DNA from: Promethearchaeota archaeon
Lineage (GTDB): Archaea; Asgardarchaeota; Lokiarchaeia; Sigyniarchaeales; SOKP01
NCBI GenBank assembly: GCA_016930515.1
Contig: JAFGGO010000093.1
Span: 1 to 38,563 of the forward strand
Reading direction: 5' to 3'
DNA length: 38,563 bases
Shown here: in pieces, positions 9,870-18,761 of the stretch
Layout of the letters: each line of letters opens with the position of its first letter
How positions within the stretch are numbered: the stretch's first letter is position 1
Notes under the pieces: model-generated
Database searches by the model: none
What the model was told of the DNA's origin: nothing
Seen by the model: the letters and a program-made list of their open reading frames with translations, nothing else
Program-made: the position numbers and the translations under genes

Positions 9870-12059
9870 TTGAATCATCACAATCAAACAACAAAAAAAA
9901 TTTATTTTCTCTCGTTTTGTTTAGCTATCTTAATATTAATTAACATGTTTAACCTTTTTCCTAATCCTTTCAACGAGAGAAATCAGAATAATTCTTGGGA
10001 TCAACACGATATCCATAAAAGAACGGCATATTACAACAATTCAGCATCCCCAATATCCATTGACGCAACCGTAACGGGTATTGGGGCACATAATTGGATA
10101 TGGGCGGCGTCACAGCCGTGGTGTAGCGGCTCGGGAACGGAAAGCGATCCGTACGTCATTGAAAATCTGAAGATTGATGCAGAAGGTTCGGAAAATTGCA
10201 TTGAAATCTTGAATTCAAACGAATATTTCGTTATAAGCAATTGTACTCTATACAATTCAGCTTCATCAAAAGCAGGGATATCATTAAATAATGTGAGAAA
10301 TGGAATAATTATTTGTAATAACTGCTCTTTTAATAGTAGGGGGGTTGTATTGAGAATGGGTTGTTCCGATAATATCTTTAATGACAATATTATCTGTGAT
10401 AATTCGTTTTCCGGAATCCAAATGTTCGATAATAATCAAAATAACTACTTTGTTGGGAACAAATTGGGTAACCAAAGAACTGAAGATCAGGTGTGGGGAA
10501 TGCATATTGAAGGATGTAGAAATAATATAATCTTTAACAACACATTTTACAATAATACTCAATATGGATTGTTTTTTCTTTATGATTCCGACAACAATAA
10601 CATTTCACAAAATCGACTTGAATATAATATAAGAAGTGGAATATATCTTCTTCAAAGCGATGAGAACAATATATTTTATAATGAAATAAACAACATTAAA
10701 ACGATAGATAACTATTATGGAATTTATTTACAGTCCTGCAACAATAACGAGATTTGCAATAATAAAGTTAACGGCTCATCAACGGGTATTTATTTAATGG
10801 CAAATAATGCCTTAAATTCTATTATTAACAATGAAATTTATAATTCTACACGTGGAATTAACATTTATTATCAAAGCTATCAAAATGATGTCACGGGTAA
10901 TCTTATTTCGTATAATCTCAATGGAATTATTCTCCAGAGAGATTGTTATGAAAACAATGTTTATAATAATCAAATTTTCCATAACTTCGATAACGGAATG
11001 ATAATTGATGATGAATCTAATAACAACTTGATTAAAGCTAATAGGATCTATAATAACAATAAGACGGGCTTAATCGTAAATTCTAGTTATTTTAATAACA
11101 TTACTGAGAATTTAATTTACTTTAATCAATTAAACGGATTGAATCTGAACCAAAGTTCTACTAACACCCTGTATAACAATTTTTTCGTGAATAACGGACT
11201 CAACGCCGAAGACAACGGCACGGGAAACCAATGGTATTATCAAGGACTTGGGAATTGCTGGAGCGACTACGAGGGTACCGACGATGACGGCGACGGGATC
11301 GGAGATCAAGCGTATGTGGTTAACGGCTCTGCCGGTAGCCTCGACGAGTTCCCGATCATCGATTCCGCTCCCGAAGCAAGGTTTTACTTCAACAAGACGG
11401 TTATCACAATAGATATATCTTTTCAACTGGTTTACAACGGCACGGGAGGGAACCTACCGTTTTCCTACTACTGGAATTTTGGAGACGGCAATGTTTCGAC
11501 CGCCCGAGATCCCGTCCACGCGTACGCCAAGGCGGGGCTGTACACCGTGACCTTGCGAGTAGTGGACGCCAACCTGAACGAGTCGGTATATTGGATCGTC
11601 GTTAAGGTTAATAGTCCGAGTGCATTGCCCGAATTTCCCCTCGAAGTTATCATCGCAATCATTCTTATTGTTGGGATAGGATTAATTGGGCTCGGGATTT
11701 TATTGGTAAAAAAGAGAAAGACAACTGAATTGAATGTAACTAGATCGAAAGCACCCCTTATAACTAAACCTAAGTCGATAAAATATCCTAAAAAGGAAGT
11801 AAAGAAAAAAAAATTGGTTAAACATCTTTTCTTAGAAGATAGAAAGAACGCATCACTTGAGGGCGAGGATTTGACAAAAACCGAATCGGAAGTGGAGTTA
11901 GAAAGACAACGGCTCACATGTATCGTCCACAAGGGACCAATCGTGGGTCCTAGTTACGTGTGTCCAAACTGCGATGTGATCTATTGCCTGAACTGTGCTA
12001 ACGAGTTAAAGCTTAAAGGAGAAATATGTTGGTCATGTGGATCCAAATTTGAATTATAA
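9870..12059 (+). CDS. Cell-surface protein: signal/anchor, NosD/CASH-type beta-helix, PKD domain, TM helix, cytoplasmic RING-like Zn finger
   Basis: N-terminal hydrophobic stretch; Asn-rich GI.L..S.NN.I..N repeats; GNCWSDY; PKD motif YYWNFGDG...H.Y..AGLYTVTLRV; TM followed by KKRK; C-terminal C-x2-H-x10-C-x2-C-x4-C-x2-C-x10-C-x2-C. Confidence 0.88.
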   Translation: MNHHNQTTKKIYFLSFCLAILILINMFNLFPNPFNERNQNNSWDQHDIHKRTAYYNNSASPISIDATVTGIGAHNWIWAASQPWCSGSGTESDPYVIENLKIDAEGSENCIEILNSNEYFVISNCTLYNSASSKAGISLNNVRNGIIICNNCSFNSRGVVLRMGCSDNIFNDNIICDNSFSGIQMFDNNQNNYFVGNKLGNQRTEDQVWGMHIEGCRNNIIFNNTFYNNTQYGLFFLYDSDNNNISQNRLEYNIRSGIYLLQSDENNIFYNEINNIKTIDNYYGIYLQSCNNNEICNNKVNGSSTGIYLMANNALNSIINNEIYNSTRGINIYYQSYQNDVTGNLISYNLNGIILQRDCYENNVYNNQIFHNFDNGMIIDDESNNNLIKANRIYNNNKTGLIVNSSYFNNITENLIYFNQLNGLNLNQSSTNTLYNNFFVNNGLNAEDNGTGNQWYYQGLGNCWSDYEGTDDDGDGIGDQAYVVNGSAGSLDEFPIIDSAPEARFYFNKTVITIDISFQLVYNGTGGNLPFSYYWNFGDGNVSTARDPVHAYAKAGLYTVTLRVVDANLNESVYWIVVKVNSPSALPEFPLEVIIAIILIVGIGLIGLGILLVKKRKTTELNVTRSKAPLITKPKSIKYPKKEVKKKKLVKHLFLEDRKNASLEGEDLTKTESEVELERQRLTCIVHKGPIVGPSYVCPNCDVIYCLNCANELKLKGEICWSCGSKFEL

Positions 12060-12962
12060 TCATATATTTATTCGATTCTTAATTCTGCTGCGCGCCAAGT
12101 TCACATAATCCAACGAATTATCAAAACCAATAAAGTGTCTGCGCGATTTTAGGGCTGCAATTGCCGTGGTTCCCGAACCCATGAAAGGATCCAACACGAC
12201 GTCTCCCTCGTAGGTATAAAAGTGTATCAATCTGCGCGGTAATTCCTCGGGAAATGGTGCTGGATGCCCAACTTTTTTGGCAGATTCCGCAGGAAAGTTC
12301 CAAATCGATTTTGTCCATTCGACGAAATCCTCCTTTTGGATCGTGTTAATTTTTTCTCCCTTTTCGAGCGAGTTAGTCAGTTTCGAAAATATTAGAATAT
12401 ATTCGTGCACATCCCTGAGGCACGGATTGCTGGCGGAGGCAAAAGAACCCCACGCACAGGAAATACCTGCAGAGGCGCCCTTGTTCCAAATAATTTCACC
12501 TCTCATGTGATATCCGATTTCCAACATGATCTGGATGACGAACGAATGCAGTGGAATGTAAGGTTTTCTTCCAATGTTTGCAATGTTTATCGCCACCCGG
12601 CCCCCTGGAACCAGCACCCTCCAAGTTTCCAAGAAAACGCTTTTTAAAAGGCTTAAATATTCAGAAAGGCTTAAATCTTCGTCGTAGTCTTTCGTCACAT
12701 TGTAGGGGGGTGAAGTTACCATCAAATGCACGGAATCGTCGGGTAGGAGCGACATGTCTTGACTATCCCCGTGAATTATCGTGTCCAAGATGGAATCAGG
12801 AATGTCGCTAGAGTTATCCTTATATATTATTTTACGAGGTATTGACAAGGATTTATACATGTTCGTGTCGTAAAAGGGGCTCGAATCGTGATTTTCTCGT
12901 TTCGAAACGCCAAACGAGCTCGTCTTGCTTTTCGTGCCAGTTTTTGCTTTTTCATTTTGCAT
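12060..12962 (-). CDS. Site-specific DNA methyltransferase (N4-C/N6-A, beta class), apparently orphan
   Basis: Catalytic VTSPPYN precedes HPAPFP and the SAM-binding VLDPFMGSGTT. No adjacent endonuclease recognised. Confidence 0.92.
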   Translation of the reverse strand: MQNEKAKTGTKSKTSSFGVSKRENHDSSPFYDTNMYKSLSIPRKIIYKDNSSDIPDSILDTIIHGDSQDMSLLPDDSVHLMVTSPPYNVTKDYDEDLSLSEYLSLLKSVFLETWRVLVPGGRVAINIANIGRKPYIPLHSFVIQIMLEIGYHMRGEIIWNKGASAGISCAWGSFASASNPCLRDVHEYILIFSKLTNSLEKGEKINTIQKEDFVEWTKSIWNFPAESAKKVGHPAPFPEELPRRLIHFYTYEGDVVLDPFMGSGTTAIAALKSRRHFIGFDNSLDYVNLARSRIKNRINI

Positions 12963-13168
12963 TATATCATATATTGGCTTTATTTCTTTATAAAATGTGG
13001 GTACTAAAAGAAGGTTTTAAGTCAAAGTAAAAATTTATTCCTTTTAAATAAAATTTTTTAATTGTGTCTATCAATTAATATGGTTCCTCCTCAAAAGAAC
13101 AATTATATTACACGAATCTTTAAAACAATTTTATATAGTGTTTTCCGGGATTAAAATAAATTAAAGGT

Positions 13169-13822
13169 TTAAAATTCAAGAAAGCATTTCGTGCATACTT
13201 TTTTCTTAGCGTAAATTTTTTGGGGCACATAACTTATGATCTGGGTCTTATCTTCGACTTCCTTGATTGCGAATCCCATCGCACCGCAATTGGGACATAT
13301 CCTTGTTAGCGTGCCAGTGGACATGTTCTGCGTGATTATGGGCGCCGTATGGAGAACTTTCTGTCCTTGGGTGTCGATTGAGAGATTATTAGCTTGAGTT
13401 GATTGAGAATGCGTTGTTGAAATGCTTGACGTACTTTGAGGGGTTTGGGACGGGTTGGTAGGTGAACTTGAGGGGGAACTATATGGTCTTGGTGGAGGTA
13501 CTTGTGGAGGTATTTGAGCGGGAGAGGGTGTGGCCCTAATCGCAGGAAGGGGTGCCTGCCCTGAAGCACCGTGTCGCTCTTGTTGAACGCTTACTTTAAC
13601 GTCGTAAGATGGTACATCGACTCTCTCTATGGGTTTGCTACCTTGAACGACCTTGCTCCTGAGTTGGGCGTTTAACTTGGCATTATCTTCCATCAATTGT
13701 TTCATTTTAAAGTCGTTTTCTTTAGAGTAGATTTCGTGTTGCTTGAGCTTTTGCTGCAGTTCCTGAATTTTCTGCTGTAATTTTTCTATTTGATCCTCAT
13801 ATTCCTTATACATGTCATACAT
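13169..13822 (-). CDS. Coiled-coil / proline-rich / C-terminal Zn-ribbon protein (paralog 2)
   Basis: Same architecture as 4839-5849 with a near-identical C-terminal domain. Confidence 0.85.
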   Translation of the reverse strand: MYDMYKEYEDQIEKLQQKIQELQQKLKQHEIYSKENDFKMKQLMEDNAKLNAQLRSKVVQGSKPIERVDVPSYDVKVSVQQERHGASGQAPLPAIRATPSPAQIPPQVPPPRPYSSPSSSPTNPSQTPQSTSSISTTHSQSTQANNLSIDTQGQKVLHTAPIITQNMSTGTLTRICPNCGAMGFAIKEVEDKTQIISYVPQKIYAKKKVCTKCFLEF

Positions 13823-14251
13823 GAGAATGTAACTATATTGAATTTTGGTATAAATTGGTTTCTTAATGATCTTAAAGCTTGGATCTATTTAAATTTATTT
13901 TATTGATTGTTTTTAGCAATAATTTTCCATAAATCGATAAACTATCTCCAATGGAACGATTAAACTCTAATAATGATTCTCGTTCTTTTTTCTTCTTAAA
14001 AATTATTTAATTTGGAATTAAAGTCCCAAAAATGCTATTAATCGTAAAAAAAGAATTTTCTTATAAACAGGTTTTGAAATCACCTTATTTCGCTTTAATA
14101 TCACTTTTTAGCACGGCTCGAGTAAGATTTAAAAAATGCCGAAGAGATATTATTATGTAGTATTTTACATTTTTGTGAAAACCAACTTTATATAGTTGAA
14201 GATAGTTAAACGATTAAGTAGGTTTAAAATAGTTAAGGGGTAATAAGATCG

Positions 14252-14476
14252 ATGCAAACATTAAGTAAAAGCGAATTAATAGAGGAAATCAGGGAAAAAG
14301 AAAAGATTATCGAGCAACAAAACCATATAATTGAAATTCTTAGAGAATCAAACGATTTGATAAAGAAAGTAAATAAAAAAGTAATCGCCCAAAAAGAACA
14401 AGAAATAGACGATTTACAGGCAAAAATTTCTCAATTACAGGAAGAACTTAAAAAAAAGATTTCTTTATTAGCTTAG
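14252..14476 (+). CDS. Small coiled-coil protein
   Basis: ATG start after a purine-rich leader; E/K/Q/I/L heptad pattern throughout. Confidence 0.65.
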   Translation: MQTLSKSELIEEIREKEKIIEQQNHIIEILRESNDLIKKVNKKVIAQKEQEIDDLQAKISQLQEELKKKISLLA

Positions 14477-14529
14477 TGGAACCAATGGAACCAAATTTCG
14501 CTACTCCAAGAAATTATTCGATTTTAAAA

Positions 14530-14742
14530 TCATCCCGTGAAACTGATCTCTGACGAAAAGCCAGGAATGTTTCCATCGTAATCAACAAGCCCTTTTTCCT
14601 TCATTTTTTTGAGTATTAATCTAACACCTTCAAATTTTTCTTCGCATAATCGCTGGAGCTCCGGGTATTTTATAGATCCTTTTTCCTTGAGGATGTTGAA
14701 AATAAACTTCTCTTCTTCTGAAAGTTCACTCATGTATTTCAA
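14530..14742 (-). CDS. Small winged-helix (wHTH) protein
   Basis: LSEEEKFIFNILKEKGSIKYPEL...VRLILKKMKEKGLVDY fits a wHTH pattern. Confidence 0.7.
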   Translation of the reverse strand: MKYMSELSEEEKFIFNILKEKGSIKYPELQRLCEEKFEGVRLILKKMKEKGLVDYDGNIPGFSSEISFTG

Positions 14743-14786
14743 TTAACACATGATTTATTTAAATTTTTCATGTTAACAAGGCACAT

Positions 14787-15056
14787 TTATCGTTTACTGT
14801 TTTTTTTTGTTTTTTTAATTGCTTCTTCGTCATAGGTATTATGTATCTCCTTTAAGTATTTTTTTTGCTTAGAATATGATAAAAATGCGAGAGCTTTTTT
14901 TAGTTCTTTTTTTTTTTGATCTGGAATATCTAATATGTCCAGCTCGTGGCGAATTTCAGGTTTTAATACCGTGAAGATTCTTGAAAAATATTTCTTAACT
15001 ATATTGAGTTTTTCAATGTCAAATTTATCTTTATTCTGATTGCTTACCATACTCAC
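14787..15056 (-). CDS. Hypothetical small basic protein
   Basis: Co-oriented with its neighbours; GGTGA SD-like element just upstream of an ATG; no recognisable motif. Confidence 0.55.
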   Translation of the reverse strand: MSMVSNQNKDKFDIEKLNIVKKYFSRIFTVLKPEIRHELDILDIPDQKKKELKKALAFLSYSKQKKYLKEIHNTYDEEAIKKTKKNSKR

Positions 15057-15259
15057 CTTTCTAATAGCTTTCTATTTTAACAAAACGAGTTTTTCTTTAA
15101 TATTCTTAAGGAACAAATGGAATTTTGACCATTAAACACTTTTGGGGTCCAGTTTTTTTAAAAAATAAGAAAGGAACAAATTTATTTTCAAGCGATAAAG
15201 TTCCTTTTTGCAGTCAATTTGAAAAGTTGTTTCTAAAAAATAAAGATAAAAAAATAAAG

Positions 15260-15994
15260 TTAAGAGGTAAGTTTTGGCAGATATATGGCAAGAAAATATC
15301 CAATAAACGATACATATAAACAAAGCATTGCCATTGTTAATAAAATGGTAATTTGTGCCATTCCGTACCACGCCATTAAAACATAGAAAATTAAGAAAAT
15401 GGCATTTGCATATCCCAAAAGTTTAAGTTGTTTTCTTTTTTGCGTGGATTTTTTAGATAATATAAAGTAGCTATAGGCAAGATGGGCAAATGATATGATA
15501 CCATATATTGACATCACTACATATGTTAAAATTCTGAATGCGTTGTTTCCCGCTGCAGTTGTAAAGTATGTAATGTAATTAAATGGGAGTAAAATAATAA
15601 TGATTACAATTACTCCAATGAGGATTTCAATGTATTTGCTCGCTTTTTTAATTTCGTTTATCTCAGAATGAAACAAGACCATGAATAATATCCCTGCAAT
15701 TAAGAAAGCCATCGCAACCATGGTAAGATTATTGTAAATCTCAATGAAATCAATACCAGCAAAGGCCACTGTGGCGTGACCTATAATGATTAACACGAGC
15801 CCCACCAAGAATGTCCCGTATACCAAGGACAAGTATATGCCTGTTCTTTGTTTTTGTTTAAAGTGAGTTACTAAGGTGCTTATCAAGAATATCGATAGAA
15901 GCACGATAAGTCCCAACACGATGAAAAATAATATGAAGTGTTCTGAAGGGTTCATGAAGATAATGTAATACTCGTAAAATAAAAATTTTCCCAA
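15260..15994 (-). CDS. Seven-TM integral membrane protein of unknown function (likely start ATG at 15955)
   Basis: Seven hydrophobic segments with short basic loops; no catalytic motif. Confidence 0.75.
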   Translation of the reverse strand: MGKFLFYEYYIIFMNPSEHFILFFIVLGLIVLLSIFLISTLVTHFKQKQRTGIYLSLVYGTFLVGLVLIIIGHATVAFAGIDFIEIYNNLTMVAMAFLIAGILFMVLFHSEINEIKKASKYIEILIGVIVIIIILLPFNYITYFTTAAGNNAFRILTYVVMSIYGIISFAHLAYSYFILSKKSTQKRKQLKLLGYANAIFLIFYVLMAWYGMAQITILLTMAMLCLYVSFIGYFLAIYLPKLTS

Positions 15995-16031
15995 AAATAA
16001 CGTTAAAAAAATGAAAAAGAAAAAAGAATAA

Positions 16032-17756
16032 TTATGTTCCGTTTATAACCTTACATCTTGGTACATATGCTTCTTGAACGGCATAGTTGTTAAAATTGAT
16101 GGAATAATGATCTCTCCACTTCGCTTTAACGTCTTCCAACATGTCCTCGTACGCGCTTAGCTTTATCTTTCCTTCAGCACATATGGTTGTTCCCTTCGGA
16201 GTTGCCGTTATTTCTCCATCTTTTACGACAATCTGTCCGTCTTTTATGGTATATGCTGCTAGCGTGAACGCCTTCTGGATTGCGTCTCCATTCATGGTCT
16301 TAGGATCGAGCTTGTAAATTGCAAGGTCTCCGATTGCGCCCACTCCTAAATGTCCTCTATCTTTCAAACCTAATGTCTTGGCGTTTCCCGCTCGAGTTAC
16401 CGTGCAGAGTTCTCCAAGCGTATATTCTCGATCGAGGTCTCCTAAATGCGTGGTTGTCGTTGCTTTTGGACTGCATTCCTTGAGTAATTCGTTCCTTGAT
16501 TTCTTGTCCATTAACCACTTGTATACGGTAGGATAAGCAGTGAAAGGTCCACCGTTCGGATGATCAGTAGTTACAGATATTTGGAACGGATCCTTGACCA
16601 AGAGCATTAGTTCGAGACCGATTGCCCATTGAACGGCGTTAACGCCAACTTTCTTGTCAAAGAAATAAGGTACCACACCAGAACCCGATTCACCCTCAAC
16701 TTGCCCGTTAACCCATTTTACGCCTGGTTTTGCGCCCCAAGGACTGGTTCCTCCAAGATGGTGCAAGGCAAATTCCCATGGGCCGTCTCCGGTCATGGTT
16801 GTAGTAGCGTATTTTGAAAATATCACTTGACCTGCATCAAGAGACATGTGTTTATGAGCATTAACATATTCTGCAACTTCTGCTGCGCCAGATTCGAAAT
16901 TTGCCCAGCTATTTCCTGCGTAAGCGTTGAATTGACAATGTGTGATGTGTAATGTCCTGTTTCGGTCAGTTTTTGGTTCAATTGGTTCGCAAAGTTTGAA
17001 AGTGTCTATCGAATGTTTGACATTTCCCGGATGACCTAAATTATTGCAATGTACATGGATCGAATGTGGTAATTCCAGCATTTCGTTTGCCTTGGCCAAA
17101 CTTTCTACGATTTGCTTCGGCGTCACGCCCCAATGGTACACATCGTCGTTGATCGATTCAACATTTTTTCCCCAAGCCCAGTTTTCCACTCCTCCAGGAT
17201 TCACAATCTTGATGGCATAACCCTTCGTTGCTTTTAATATCCAATTGACATACGCTGCTAATTTTTCGATATTTCCTTCTCTTACATAATCCAAGACGTA
17301 CCAATTGTTTCCGAACAATGGCATTGCCATCTTGTCTAAAATGGGCATGTCGTTAAATTCTTCGTGCGTATGTCGTGCTTCCAAGAGCGGCATGGCGGGC
17401 TCAACGACAGTCGTAAAGCCTAATTTAGCATATCGGTAACCCGTTATCCAAGTGGAAGGAACGGCAAATCCAGTGCCACTCCTCGTGATTTTCGTTCTCG
17501 GCTCGTTCCACTCAGGAGGTTTATCGTCGGGTCGCAAGGACCTGCCAACATTTACTTTGGTTCCTGCAACATGAGTATGAATATCCACGCCTCCGGGCAT
17601 TACGATCATTCCCGTAGCGTCGATTACTTTTGCGTCTCCCTCATCAACTTTCTCGACAACGACACCGTTTTTCACATGAATCTCTTTTTTCTCTCCGTCG
17701 ATTCCATTTAATGGGTCGTAAACCAATCCATTTTTAATAATAATTGAGTCTTTCAT
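16032..17756 (-). CDS. fwdA: Formylmethanofuran dehydrogenase subunit A (amidohydrolase)
   Basis: IIKNGLVYDPLNG, GGVDIHTHVAG, IKIVNPGGVENW.WG, HSIHVHCNNLG.PGN, TTDHPNGGPF, QWAIGLEL. Confidence 0.95.
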   Translation of the reverse strand: MKDSIIIKNGLVYDPLNGIDGEKKEIHVKNGVVVEKVDEGDAKVIDATGMIVMPGGVDIHTHVAGTKVNVGRSLRPDDKPPEWNEPRTKITRSGTGFAVPSTWITGYRYAKLGFTTVVEPAMPLLEARHTHEEFNDMPILDKMAMPLFGNNWYVLDYVREGNIEKLAAYVNWILKATKGYAIKIVNPGGVENWAWGKNVESINDDVYHWGVTPKQIVESLAKANEMLELPHSIHVHCNNLGHPGNVKHSIDTFKLCEPIEPKTDRNRTLHITHCQFNAYAGNSWANFESGAAEVAEYVNAHKHMSLDAGQVIFSKYATTTMTGDGPWEFALHHLGGTSPWGAKPGVKWVNGQVEGESGSGVVPYFFDKKVGVNAVQWAIGLELMLLVKDPFQISVTTDHPNGGPFTAYPTVYKWLMDKKSRNELLKECSPKATTTTHLGDLDREYTLGELCTVTRAGNAKTLGLKDRGHLGVGAIGDLAIYKLDPKTMNGDAIQKAFTLAAYTIKDGQIVVKDGEITATPKGTTICAEGKIKLSAYEDMLEDVKAKWRDHYSINFNNYAVQEAYVPRCKVINGT

Positions 17757-17943
17757 GAGAGTTTTCCTTAATTATAGCTATAATTTTGTTTTATTTTTTC
17801 ACGCTTTCTGCATGAATCAATACTATTACTTGTAAGAATTTATTATTTTTATAAAATCTTATTATATTTGAAAGGAGAGTGCATTTTAACTATTTTACCC
17901 TGGAGTTATTATTAATATCCTTTTTTTCTTTTCTATCTTGTCA

Positions 17944-18621
17944 TTAATAACCTTTCGTTGCCTTGTATTGAATCATGAGCTTGTCGAGATCGATTGGATT
18001 ATTCACGTTTATGAAAGTTAAAAGTTTTTCATCGTATCTTTGTATATCTTCTTCGACGGATATGTAATTGATGTTCCAAGAGATATCCAAGAGACGTAAT
18101 AATTTATAGTTTTCTTTCTTCACGCATTTTTCGGCCGTTATAAGAGCTTTTTTAATTGGATAGATTGCAAATAAAGGTTCTAAAAACGAGTTGTTCCATT
18201 GAGGAATGCAGCAATCGTAGCCAGATTCTTCACTCAGCATGAATTTAATGACATCGTATCTGATAAGTGGAGTATCACACGAAAAGATAAAGGCTTTATC
18301 AATTTGTTTTTTAGAGAGTTCTTTAAATATCGTGAAAAACCCAATCATTGGCGTTCGAACTTCCGGGTCCTTAACGAACTCCCTATCGTCTAATAGAAAC
18401 GTGACGTTTTCGGGAAATTCAATTTTTTCTTTATAGGAATTAAGTTGTGTTTGAGAATGAGCAACGATGTATATATCGTTTTCGAACTTCCGAAGAGTCT
18501 CCAATTGATAGGTAATCAATGGTTTTCCGTGGAATTCAAAAATTCCTTTATCGGTCCCAAATCGAGAACTTTTCCCACCAATTAAAATCGCAAACGCAAT
18601 GGAATTTTCACTTGTCGACAT
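17944..18621 (-). CDS. mobA: Molybdenum cofactor guanylyltransferase
   Basis: ILIGGKSSRFGTDKG, CDTPLI, LEPLFAIY, FINVNNPIDL. Confidence 0.9.
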   Translation of the reverse strand: MSTSENSIAFAILIGGKSSRFGTDKGIFEFHGKPLITYQLETLRKFENDIYIVAHSQTQLNSYKEKIEFPENVTFLLDDREFVKDPEVRTPMIGFFTIFKELSKKQIDKAFIFSCDTPLIRYDVIKFMLSEESGYDCCIPQWNNSFLEPLFAIYPIKKALITAEKCVKKENYKLLRLLDISWNINYISVEEDIQRYDEKLLTFINVNNPIDLDKLMIQYKATKGY

Positions 18622-18761
18622 GAGTTCTTAGTTTCGGCTTGTTTTGTTTGCTCTTATTTTTAAATAATTAGGTTCAAAGTCTATATGAAATAATTAATAA
18701 ACCTATAATTACTTAATTAATTGTAGAACAACCAAAACTCTCTTTTTGAAAAAGAACTATC

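Noticed and set aside
12060-12962. Restriction-modification system
   Set aside because: No endonuclease or specificity subunit nearby; treated as an orphan methyltransferase.
13850-14250. Possible small ORF or relic in the intergenic gap
   Set aside because: Only a short open stretch with no clear start and no similarity to anything in the window.
15260-15994. Possible rhodopsin
   Set aside because: No retinal-binding Lys motif in helix 7.
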